A DNA stretch of 32,000 nucleotides from Cuniculiplasma divulgatum (GTDB lineage Archaea; Thermoplasmatota; Thermoplasmata; Thermoplasmatales; Thermoplasmataceae). The stretch spans positions 1,680,001-1,712,000 of the forward strand of contig NZ_LT671858.1 of NCBI RefSeq assembly GCF_900083515.1, given 5' to 3'. The notes beneath the pieces were generated by a model, which searched no databases, was not told where the DNA came from, and worked only from the letters and a program-made list of their open reading frames with translations. Both the position numbers and the translations under genes were made by a program. Positions 8,555 through 16,794 of the stretch are shown here, in pieces. Position 1 is the stretch's first letter, and the number at the start of each line of letters is the position of its first letter.

Positions 8555-10237
8555 ATGACGAGATTTGTATTAATATCGGATAGCACATTGAGTTATGAAT
8601 ACAGGAATTTTCCACTTTTAGATTTTCTACCCTGTGCGCCTGGAAAGGCAATACCAGAAAGAGTTTACAAATTCCTGAAGGGGCCTGCTCCCCCTGCTAA
8701 ACCAAATGGAGAAACAGTATTTGCACCATATGCCATAAGGAAGCTTGAAGCCAGTCTTCTTACTAAATTCAAGAGAGAAGAAATAGCAGTTGCACACGAA
8801 GATCATCTTGAGAATTTTATCAAGGATGACACGGAAATCATAGCTGTTTCAACTATGGATCCACTGGGTATCGGACCGACAACAATGTCCTACTATGCAC
8901 TTTTTGGAGGTAATCTCGATGCATGGGTAAGGAGAGACTGGGATAAACTGATGGATAGAATCAACGTGGTAAGGAAGGGAAAGAAGGCAAAACTGATCGT
9001 TGGTGGACCAGGAGTATGGGAATTTACAATTCTAAGAGACGAGATAGAGAAATATCATTACGACTATGTATTTTCAGGTGAGGCAGATGATATTGCACCA
9101 ATGTTATTTGATCAGATAGCATCAGGTGATATAGACAAAAATGTTTTCAGAACTGGTTTTGTAAGTTATGATGAAAACTTCAAAAGAGTTACAATAAATG
9201 ATCCACTTTTCCTTTCAAGAGGATTTTCCAAGGCAGCATACCCGAGACTTGAGGAGATACCTAGAATTGTTGCACCTTCCATGAAGGGAATGGTTGAAGT
9301 TATGAGAGGTTGTGGTGTGGGGTGTGATTTCTGTGAAGTAACACTAAGACCGCTTAGATATGAGCCTACCGAAAATATCGTTGCTGAACTTGAGATAAAT
9401 GCATCCGCCGGGATAACTAATGGGTGGCTTCACTCAGATGAATTCTTCGGTTACAAGCACGGCAATTTATTTGCACCAAATGAAGAAGCACTATCAGAAC
9501 TTCTAACGGCAGTAATGAATGTTAAGGGTATCAAGACGTCAAATCCGACCCATGGACGTGTTTCCATACCTGCAGGTTATCCAGAAATGATGGAAAAACT
9601 TTCAAAGATACTTAAAACAGGACCGAGGAACTGGATAGGTATCCAAACAGGAGTGGAGACTGGTAGTGATGAACTTGCCAAAAAACATATGCCTAACAAG
9701 ACCCTTCCACTCAGAATTGGTCCAGACGGAAGCTGGCTGGATATTGTCTGGCAGGGAGTATACGTAGAAACAAAGAATTACTGGAGACCGGCATTCACAT
9801 TACAGGTTGGTCAGAACGAAGAGACTGAAGATGATAACTGGCAAACGGTTGAAATGATAAACAGACTCAGTAACTCATACTCTGAAGGTGGCAGACCTTT
9901 TGAGTTTACAGTCACACCACTTGTAAATGTTCCTCTTGGGAGAATAAAGTCCAGATCGCTCAACACAAATATGCTCACAAAGGATATGATGGCAGTTTAC
10001 TATGCATCCTACAGACATCTTTCAAAAATGGCCACAAGAGATGGTTTCAGGGACACCGATGGTAACTTCTTATCAAGGATAGGAACAGGATCACTTATTT
10101 CCGGTGGTGGATATCTTATGATGAAATACATCGAAAAGAGGGCTGCAAAGATGGGAGTGGATATAGAGAAAGTGAAGCACTATGGAGTAGAGCATTCCAG
10201 GGAAATCACATCCCTATCGGCACTTGCAAGAGCATAA
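8555..10237 (+). CDS. radical SAM protein (B12-binding-like N-terminal domain class, COG1032-like)
   Basis: CxxxCxxC cluster motif RGCGVGCDFCEV (Cys codons at 9311, 9323 and 9332). An N-terminal Rossmann-like region precedes it (IIAVSTMDP, LIVGGPG). SD GGGTGA lies 5 nt upstream of the ATG at 8555. Confidence 0.85.
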   Translation: MTRFVLISDSTLSYEYRNFPLLDFLPCAPGKAIPERVYKFLKGPAPPAKPNGETVFAPYAIRKLEASLLTKFKREEIAVAHEDHLENFIKDDTEIIAVSTMDPLGIGPTTMSYYALFGGNLDAWVRRDWDKLMDRINVVRKGKKAKLIVGGPGVWEFTILRDEIEKYHYDYVFSGEADDIAPMLFDQIASGDIDKNVFRTGFVSYDENFKRVTINDPLFLSRGFSKAAYPRLEEIPRIVAPSMKGMVEVMRGCGVGCDFCEVTLRPLRYEPTENIVAELEINASAGITNGWLHSDEFFGYKHGNLFAPNEEALSELLTAVMNVKGIKTSNPTHGRVSIPAGYPEMMEKLSKILKTGPRNWIGIQTGVETGSDELAKKHMPNKTLPLRIGPDGSWLDIVWQGVYVETKNYWRPAFTLQVGQNEETEDDNWQTVEMINRLSNSYSEGGRPFEFTVTPLVNVPLGRIKSRSLNTNMLTKDMMAVYYASYRHLSKMATRDGFRDTDGNFLSRIGTGSLISGGGYLMMKYIEKRAAKMGVDIEKVKHYGVEHSREITSLSALARA

Positions 10238-11338
10238 TTGGGAAAAATAATAAAAAATCCTGAACCCCTGGAGACATCTTATATTCCAGGGTACCTTATT
10301 AACAGAGATAATGAGATAGATTCTTTACGGAAGAATGTAGTATTTCCAGTAATGAGAGGTTTATCAAGCAACATTTTTATCTACGGTCAGTCAGGTACAG
10401 GTAAAACTGTTACACTGAGATTTCTTGCATCCATGGAAACTGGATGTTATTTCCACTATGAAAATGCCATATCAGTAGGTTCCTTCAAGAGAATTGTGGT
10501 AAAGATACTTAGTTCACTTGGAAAACAGGTCTCCGAGAAACAGCCATTTGATTCTCTATTCATGGCACTCAAGAGATCTACCTCCATGCCCATTATACTT
10601 GTTGTGGATGAATGTCTGAATCTTGTAAAGACTGATCCAGATGGATTATACAATGTGCTCAGGTCGGCAGAGCTTTATGATCTCAGAATGGGTCTGATCC
10701 TCGCATCAGTTGATAATCCTGCCCTCCACATGACATCCAGGGAGATCAGAAGAATCGGTATTTTCAACGAAATGAAATTTAATAAATATTCAACGTCAGA
10801 TCTTTCAGGCATTCTGGATCACCGGTCTAAGGAATCGCTTTATGATGGTGTTATTGAGCCAGAAATAATTGATGGTATAGCGTCCATAAGCGAAAGATCT
10901 GGAAGTGCAAGGATGGCCATAGAAATATTGCAGAAAGCTGCATTCATCAGTGAATATGATAATCGAAGGACAATTGACATGGAAACTGTCAGGAAGGCTT
11001 CTGCAATGATCAACCCGTATATTACTGAAAGTAAATTGATGGAACTGGATCAGAAAGAACTGCTGATCCTCCTGTCTATCTGTCAGATACTTGAAAGAAA
11101 CATTGATGCAACCATGGAACATATAACCGATCAGATAGGAGTAAATTTTGAAACAAGGGATCAACCAATCCCAGATCTTCCTCTTATCTACAGGGCAATA
11201 AGACACCTGGAATCTCTTGATATAGTTGAGGGTGTGAGGGAAAGTTTAGGCAGGGGAAAGGGGGTTAAAAAGAGATTTTTCATGGGCGATCTACCAGTTT
11301 CAGTCCTTATACAGAAAATATTTGAAATAATAGAATGA
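10238..11338 (+). CDS. cdc6: Orc1/Cdc6 family AAA+ protein (paralog without adjacent origin-like region)
   Basis: N-terminus NPEPLETSYIPGYLINRDNEIDSL is the typical Orc1 lead-in. Walker A YGQSGTGKT, Walker B ILVVDE, sensor-2-like GSARMAIEILQKA. C-terminal winged-helix region LDQKELLILLSICQIL. The TTG start directly abuts the TAA of the radical SAM gene, and no in-frame ATG exists until codon 39. Confidence 0.85.
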   Translation: MGKIIKNPEPLETSYIPGYLINRDNEIDSLRKNVVFPVMRGLSSNIFIYGQSGTGKTVTLRFLASMETGCYFHYENAISVGSFKRIVVKILSSLGKQVSEKQPFDSLFMALKRSTSMPIILVVDECLNLVKTDPDGLYNVLRSAELYDLRMGLILASVDNPALHMTSREIRRIGIFNEMKFNKYSTSDLSGILDHRSKESLYDGVIEPEIIDGIASISERSGSARMAIEILQKAAFISEYDNRRTIDMETVRKASAMINPYITESKLMELDQKELLILLSICQILERNIDATMEHITDQIGVNFETRDQPIPDLPLIYRAIRHLESLDIVEGVRESLGRGKGVKKRFFMGDLPVSVLIQKIFEIIE

Positions 11339-11342
11339 AGAT

Positions 11343-13343
11343 TTAGAACCACCATGAAAGATCTGATTGCTTTTTTACAATGAGTTTGGAGAAGAGAAAA
11401 TCGAATGGCTCAAAGTTTCTAAGAAGAATCCTGGTGTAGAACTTCCTGTCAACCGGTTGATCATCAAAGTTAACAACCTTTTTTACTGAATCATTGATTA
11501 TTACATTCATGGATTGCCCTGGCATGATCTCGATCCCATCCTCCATCAGCGATTCCATTGATGCTTTCTGTATGTTCTTAATCATATAATCCTCATAATA
11601 TTTTGACGGCCTCAGAGTGAGTGAAAAATCGCTTTTCGGAAATCTGTCAATGTTTCTTACATATCTGTCTTTTAATTCTATATATCTTGTGTATATGGAG
11701 TGATCATTTACCCCCGGCTCAAGTTCTTCAAGTAGCCTCAGTATATCTTCCTGAGCCCTTATTACCAGTGACGGAGAATCTGAACGTCTAATCCCTATTC
11801 CTCTCACCTTGTAGCTCCCGTCATATTTCAGTCCGAAATATCTGTTTAACGCACCAAGACCAGATCTTGCTGGCAGAAACACCATCCACTTATAGTATCC
11901 ATCCATCACTATATTTATGGATGTGTTCTTCCTCACCCTTTTCAGAAGATTTTGTATGTTCCCATTTCCCTGAATAAACAGTGAATCCACAATTCCATGT
12001 ATGGGGGTGAAACCCTCAGATTCGCCTATCCTCATGGCCGTCTCAAGTGCCCATCTTCCAACGGAAGTTATGGCTTCATGCATCTCTATCTTTCCAAACC
12101 TTGCGTTCTTGAAACCTGTGTATCCAAAGGATGTTAGAAGAAGCCATTTCAGAACCTTATCCCTCAGTTCAAAATCTCTTCTTATCCTCTTATTATATTT
12201 GTATATAAGTCTCCTCTTGAGCAGTATGTCAAGTGATGAGGGGATGAATCCTTTCAAAACGCTGGTACTGTATGGATTATCCCCAGGGAGTTTTACCTGT
12301 TTATCTGTCCCTATTGTTTCTGGTGACATATTGAAATGATGCATTATGGATGGATACATTGACGAGAAGTCAATCTCGTAAACATTTCGATAAAATCCCG
12401 GGAGCGGCTGAAATACGTATCCTCCACGATCACTTTCCATGAAAGCACTCAGTGGCTTTGGATCTTCATGATCATCCTTGTCTGTAATTATAAGAATCCC
12501 TGATCTTATGGCCTCGTAGTTTTCCAGTGATGATACAGCAGTTCCAGGTGTTACCCTGCATACTGTCTCTGGAGAGAGCCCGGTTATGCGACTTATCTCA
12601 AATATGCCTTCAATGCCGCCTTCTTCATACATGAAAGAATTCCCATTTATTGATATCTTTCCATTTATGTGTATTGAAGGTGTGGAATATGAGACTCTTC
12701 CATATGACATGAATGATCTGCCACCACTTATTCTGTATCCTATCCTCTTACCGATGATCATGTCTATGCGTGAAAGGAATGTTGCCATTGAAGTTGCATC
12801 GTAGTATATTATTATGGGAAAACGCTGGAAATTATCCATAAAGAATTTCATGGCATCCATTTCGTTGGTGAATTCCACACCATTTATTTCAGCATGTTTC
12901 CATCTGTATCCATTGTATTTAACATTGAACTTCATGTAGGGTATTTCTGGATCATGATCCAGAGGGTTTTCTATGGAAAAATAGGTTAAATTACTGGCAG
13001 CCATGATCTTCAGTCCAGGATCGAGGAGACCATTATATATCCTGAATTTCCTTCCATATCCTATGCCCTTTATTATTTTTATGAATTCCCTTTCCCTGAT
13101 CTGTGGTATATAGATTCTCAAACCTTCAATTCTTGAATATACATCTCTTTCCACCGAATGTTCATAAACTATATCTCCAGCATCTTCCATTTGCCTTTCA
13201 AGAAATTCCATATCAAACTGGTCTCCGGTGACGAATATCCAGTTCCTCCAGTGGATCTTTTCATATTGTATTTTGCCATTTTCATAAATCCAGAGTGCAG
13301 GATTTTTCCCTGCTGTAAGATTGACTATGGTTCTACTGCCCAT
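11343..13343 (-). CDS. polB: family B DNA polymerase, degenerate catalytic motifs (PolB2/Dpo2-like 'inactivated PolB' type)
   Basis: Motif A EIDFSSMYPSIM (12342-12371) and VRGIGIRRSDS (the tRGxExxRRD signature) identify the fold. Motif C reads HGIVDS instead of YGDTDS (11976-11999). Motif B is KWLLLTSFGYTG. Exo I, II and III motifs are not recognisable. At 666 aa it is shorter than replicative PolB. Confidence 0.85.
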   Translation of the reverse strand: MGSRTIVNLTAGKNPALWIYENGKIQYEKIHWRNWIFVTGDQFDMEFLERQMEDAGDIVYEHSVERDVYSRIEGLRIYIPQIREREFIKIIKGIGYGRKFRIYNGLLDPGLKIMAASNLTYFSIENPLDHDPEIPYMKFNVKYNGYRWKHAEINGVEFTNEMDAMKFFMDNFQRFPIIIYYDATSMATFLSRIDMIIGKRIGYRISGGRSFMSYGRVSYSTPSIHINGKISINGNSFMYEEGGIEGIFEISRITGLSPETVCRVTPGTAVSSLENYEAIRSGILIITDKDDHEDPKPLSAFMESDRGGYVFQPLPGFYRNVYEIDFSSMYPSIMHHFNMSPETIGTDKQVKLPGDNPYSTSVLKGFIPSSLDILLKRRLIYKYNKRIRRDFELRDKVLKWLLLTSFGYTGFKNARFGKIEMHEAITSVGRWALETAMRIGESEGFTPIHGIVDSLFIQGNGNIQNLLKRVRKNTSINIVMDGYYKWMVFLPARSGLGALNRYFGLKYDGSYKVRGIGIRRSDSPSLVIRAQEDILRLLEELEPGVNDHSIYTRYIELKDRYVRNIDRFPKSDFSLTLRPSKYYEDYMIKNIQKASMESLMEDGIEIMPGQSMNVIINDSVKKVVNFDDQPVDRKFYTRILLRNFEPFDFLFSKLIVKKQSDLSWWF

Positions 13344-13560
13344 GATCTATTCTATCCATCATTTCCATGATTACTGATATGAGAAAGGCTGTCTCTGGAG
13401 ATAACTTTGAAAGGTCCATCTGAGAGGCATGAATCCTACCCATGAGGAGTATTTCATCAAATAACCTCCTGTCTCTTTCAGGCATGGAGCTCTCCATGGA
13501 CTTCATTGCCTTTGCAAGACTTTCCATAACCTGCCTTGACGTGTACGTGTTTCTGCCCAT
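13333..13560 (-). CDS. hypothetical small helical protein, translationally coupled to polB
   Basis: 75 aa. The ATG at 13560 is preceded on the minus strand by GGGGGTGATGAGAA, a strong SD with 5-nt spacing. Its 3' end overlaps the polB ATG by 11 nt, and its 5' end overlaps the upstream ORF by 58 nt. No family recognised. Confidence 0.5.
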   Translation of the reverse strand: MGRNTYTSRQVMESLAKAMKSMESSMPERDRRLFDEILLMGRIHASQMDLSKLSPETAFLISVIMEMMDRIDHGQ

Positions 13561-13994
13561 TTCTCATCACCCCCTGTATCTGGCATGTAAAATGCTCTCT
13601 TCATTAAGTGGTTTGTTCTCACACTTATGGGTGGTTTTCCAATGAATTCAACGAATGCAAAAAGTCCACGGGTAATGGGCCATACGGCCATTGCATCCAT
13701 CATATAGCTTACGGATTCTGAGTCCCAGTCCTCAACTGCCCTGCTATTAAGAACCATAGCACATGCTGTTGTCTCCTGCTCCCCCATCACCCTTATGAGC
13801 TGGTGAGATGTAAGTATTCTCTGTATCTTTACATTTCTGACTGAGAGATGTGAGAGGAATGAAGGGGAGAGCATTATTCCATCGGTTATAAGAAGGTTCA
13901 GTGAATCAACACCTTCGAATTTCTCCAGTATTTGTCCCTGAGCTATCTCAGAGAATGAATTGTATACAATTATGGTCAGTGAGCCTCTGTACAT
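13503..13994 (-). CDS. hypothetical protein, first cistron of the polB operon
   Basis: 163 aa, same strand as and overlapping the next cistron. A CTTATTAA box (plus strand 14018-14025) is centred about 27 nt upstream of the ATG, consistent with a leaderless transcript. No motif recognised with confidence. Confidence 0.45.
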   Translation of the reverse strand: MYRGSLTIIVYNSFSEIAQGQILEKFEGVDSLNLLITDGIMLSPSFLSHLSVRNVKIQRILTSHQLIRVMGEQETTACAMVLNSRAVEDWDSESVSYMMDAMAVWPITRGLFAFVEFIGKPPISVRTNHLMKRAFYMPDTGGDEKWAETRTRQGRLWKVLQRQ

Positions 13995-14017
13995 AAATTT
14001 GAAAACTCTTATTTCCC

Positions 14018-14025
14018 TTAATAAG
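14018..14025 (-). promoter_or_regulatory. candidate TATA box for the ORF163-ORF75-polB operon
   Basis: The minus strand reads CTTATTAA, centred about 27 nt upstream of the ATG at 13994, within the 100-bp divergent spacer shared with aroB. Confidence 0.3.
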
Positions 14026-14094
14026 CTTTGGCATGAGAAAAAAAATGAAAAAATGTAATTTTTCCGCGAAATTCAACACGAAAAGGTGGGCAAC

Positions 14095-15150
14095 ATGAGT
14101 GGAGAAACAGTGAGAAAAAAGCTTACCATAGGATATGATGAAACTGAGTATGTATGCGGAAAAAATGCAATAGAAGTTGAGAACGATGAGGGAACATTCA
14201 TTGTAAGTGAAACTATAAGTAATATTTACCCAGAGAAGATAAAAAGGTTTTCAGAAGGAAAAATTATCTTTGTTGAAGATGGTGAAAATTCAAAGAGAAT
14301 TGATAACTATGAAGAAGTCTGCAGGATTTTAATGGAACGAGAAGTGGAGAGGAACAGCTACCTGACATATATAGGAGGGGGTACCATTGGTGACCTTTCT
14401 GGTTTCATAGCATCCACGTACAAGAGGGGACTGAGACTGAAAGCAATACCAACAACTCTACTATCACAGATTGACAGTTCCATAGGTGGAAAGAACGGAA
14501 TAAATTTTTCTGGAGTAAAGAATGCCATAGGAACATTCAGGAACCCTGAAAGAATAGTGGCTGATACTGACTTTCTGATGAAAAATGATCAGATTATAAG
14601 AGAGGGCATGGCTGAGATAATAAAACACGGATTTTCCATGGATTACACTATAATTGAAACGCTCCTGAATAATGATATAGAAAGTGTGAAGAATGGAGAT
14701 ATTCTCAGAGATCTGATAGTGAAAAACGCAGATATAAAAGCTTCAGTGTGTAATCAAGATCCATATGAACTTCTGGGAAGAAGATATGTACTGAATTTTG
14801 GGCACACAGTAGCACATGGAATTGAAGCAATATCCAGAAACAGAATAACCCACGGAGCGGCAGTGATATATGGAATTATGTATGAAATGAAGATGTCAGA
14901 GATCTATGGAATGATGAAGTATGATGGGATAAGTATAATGAACAAACTGATGAAGAGATATGGCGTAAATAAGATAGCGGTCAGTGATGAAATGCTTGAT
15001 GGAAGCCTTTCATACATAATGAATGACAAGAAAATAAGAAATGGAAAAATTTCAATTCCAATGGCCACTAAACCGGGAATAACAAATATGGCAGAACTTA
15101 AAATAGAGGTTTTCAAGGAATTGTTTTTAAAAGCAGGGAGAATGATGTGA
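14095..15150 (+). CDS. aroB: 3-dehydroquinate synthase
   Basis: GGGTIGDLSGFIASTYKRGLRLKAIPTTLLSQIDSSIGGKNGINF is the classic AroB nucleotide/metal-binding block, and NFGHTVAHGIE is the His motif. I prefer the ATG at 14095, which has a GGTGG SD 5-6 nt upstream. The track starts at GTG 14086. Confidence 0.9.
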   Translation: MSGETVRKKLTIGYDETEYVCGKNAIEVENDEGTFIVSETISNIYPEKIKRFSEGKIIFVEDGENSKRIDNYEEVCRILMEREVERNSYLTYIGGGTIGDLSGFIASTYKRGLRLKAIPTTLLSQIDSSIGGKNGINFSGVKNAIGTFRNPERIVADTDFLMKNDQIIREGMAEIIKHGFSMDYTIIETLLNNDIESVKNGDILRDLIVKNADIKASVCNQDPYELLGRRYVLNFGHTVAHGIEAISRNRITHGAAVIYGIMYEMKMSEIYGMMKYDGISIMNKLMKRYGVNKIAVSDEMLDGSLSYIMNDKKIRNGKISIPMATKPGITNMAELKIEVFKELFLKAGRMM

Positions 15151-15151
15151 G

Positions 15152-15979
15152 ATGATGTATGGACTTCTTGGATCACCCGTTGGAAAGTCCTGGAGTGAGG
15201 TTCTATTCAACAGAATATTCGAACTGGAAGAAAATAATAATATTTACACAGCAATAAATGTTAGTCCTGTAACATTGAAACGGTTAATGGAAAAAATGGA
15301 TGTGAGCTTCCAGGGCTTCAACGTGACAATTCCATATAAGGAAGATATCCTCAGGTATACTGAAAACAGGGACCCGCTTGTGTGGAAGGCTGGTGTTTCA
15401 AATGTTATAAAGCGTGAGGGAAATGGTTTTACAGCCTTCAACACAGATTATGCTGGAATTGAGGAGCTATTCACTAAGAATGGTGTGAGGGTGGATGGAA
15501 AAAGAGTTGCTATAGCTGGAGCTGGTGGAGTTGCCAGAATAATGATCTATTACATACTTACAAACTTTAGCCCTGACACCATGCATATATTTACCAGAAA
15601 TCCAGAAATAACCAGAAAAAAAATTAAGGGAACATGGCAGTACGGGAACATGAAAATTAGAAGTTACGATGATATGGAAAAATATGATGTCCTGATCAAT
15701 TGCACACCACTGGGAATGAATGAAGATGACCAATCACCGTTCTCTCCATATTTTTATGACGAAAAGGCCACTGCCATAGATCTCACATACCAGTATGATG
15801 AAACAAAATTCATGAAATATGCTGCTGAAAGTGGAGGCAGGGCAATCAATGGCAGGGATATGTTCTTCAGACAGGCAGAAGAGACTTACAGGATCTTTTT
15901 CATGGATGAATGCGAAAGGGAAATATTCAGCAGGGCAAGAGGTGATACTTTAAAATGGATGACGGAACGCTTATCCTGA
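15152..15979 (+). CDS. aroE: shikimate 5-dehydrogenase
   Basis: YGLLGSPVGKSWSE N-terminus, GFNVTIPYKEDI and GAGGVARI (NADP Rossmann motif). The start lies 1 nt after the aroB stop. Confidence 0.85.
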   Translation: MMYGLLGSPVGKSWSEVLFNRIFELEENNNIYTAINVSPVTLKRLMEKMDVSFQGFNVTIPYKEDILRYTENRDPLVWKAGVSNVIKREGNGFTAFNTDYAGIEELFTKNGVRVDGKRVAIAGAGGVARIMIYYILTNFSPDTMHIFTRNPEITRKKIKGTWQYGNMKIRSYDDMEKYDVLINCTPLGMNEDDQSPFSPYFYDEKATAIDLTYQYDETKFMKYAAESGGRAINGRDMFFRQAEETYRIFFMDECEREIFSRARGDTLKWMTERLS

Positions 15980-15981
15980 AA

Positions 15982-16794
15982 ATGAATTCGGGGATATCTG
16001 TTCTCAGTGCTTTCGTGAACTGGAAAGGGGCAGCACTGGCACTGGACTATCAGATGGAAATAATGGCAAGAAAAGGAGAGGCAAAGAAAAACCAATGGAA
16101 TATAAGGAGGATGCTCTCCATATTGAAAAGCCAGTATGGGAAGGATTCAGAACTGCAGATAGATGTAAACAGGAAGATACCTTCAGGGATGGGGCTTAAG
16201 AGCAGCAGTGCTCTGGTTTCTGGAGTTGTGAAGGCTTATTCCCTATTCAATGACATTAAAATGGAAATAGAAGATATTGTGACAGTATCAAGCCGAATAT
16301 CAAGACAGATAAGAGTCTCAGCCACTGGAGCATCTGATGATCTATATGCTTCGGTGCTTGGTGGATTGTGCATAACAGATAACAGGAATGCGAAGCTGCT
16401 CAGGCATTACAGGATTAAGGAAAAACATTACATAATAATAACCTCGAAAGGAAGAAGATCGAGTTATGATTTTGGCAAGATTGATCTATCATTCCTCAGG
16501 AATGCATATGAGAGAATGTTTCAGAGACTGAATTCATACAACTTCGAGGATATTGCCATCATGAATGGATTTTATCTTGGAACAATATCGGGTATCAATA
16601 TGCCGGGTGAGATATTGAACAAACTCAGGTTCAACATAATGGGAATAAATGGTAAAGGGCCTTCCCTCTTTCTTCAGTATGAAAACCCAAAAACACTGGA
16701 AAGAGACGTGGAAATTCTCAAAAAAGATAATGTGGGCTTTCTTGTTGCCTCGAGTACAAACATTTCTTCATCTCATGAGTGGAAAAATGAGTAG
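15982..16794 (+). CDS. aroK: archaeal-type shikimate kinase (GHMP kinase superfamily)
   Basis: GHMP motif II PSGMGLKSSSALVSGV. Position between aroE and aroA. The ATG at 15982 (MNSGISVLSAF) lies 2 nt after the aroE stop; the track start at 15955 would overlap aroE. Confidence 0.8.
   Translation: MNSGISVLSAFVNWKGAALALDYQMEIMARKGEAKKNQWNIRRMLSILKSQYGKDSELQIDVNRKIPSGMGLKSSSALVSGVVKAYSLFNDIKMEIEDIVTVSSRISRQIRVSATGASDDLYASVLGGLCITDNRNAKLLRHYRIKEKHYIIITSKGRRSSYDFGKIDLSFLRNAYERMFQRLNSYNFEDIAIMNGFYLGTISGINMPGEILNKLRFNIMGINGKGPSLFLQYENPKTLERDVEILKKDNVGFLVASSTNISSSHEWKNE

Noticed and set aside
10805-11206. 133-aa minus-strand ORF inside the Orc1/Cdc6 gene.
   Set aside because: It is antisense to a motif-supported CDS and its product is Cys/Phe/Tyr-rich nonsense. 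This is a typical shadow frame in AT-rich coding DNA.
13503-13994. Reading ORF163 as a degenerate RecA/KaiC-like ATPase, with RGSLTIIVYNSF as a dead P-loop strand and LLITDG as Walker B.
   Set aside because: The spacing between the two pseudo-motifs is only about 25-30 residues and the protein is too short for a RecA core. The resemblance is probably coincidental, so I left it as hypothetical.
13333-13994. ORF163 and ORF75 as one gene broken by a frameshift (pseudogene or programmed frameshift).
   Set aside because: The ORF75 ATG has its own strong SD at ideal spacing, which favours a genuine overlapping cistron. A fused or frameshifted product cannot be excluded without homolog comparison.
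16649-16786. Long N-terminal extensions implied by the track's most-upstream starts: aroA from 16649, PRT from 2061, arcC from 3718, shikimate kinase from 15955, GNAT from 26264, rfcS from 28698.
   Set aside because: The extensions overlap upstream genes or add non-homologous hydrophobic or odd residues. Internal ATGs give N-termini matching the family consensus.
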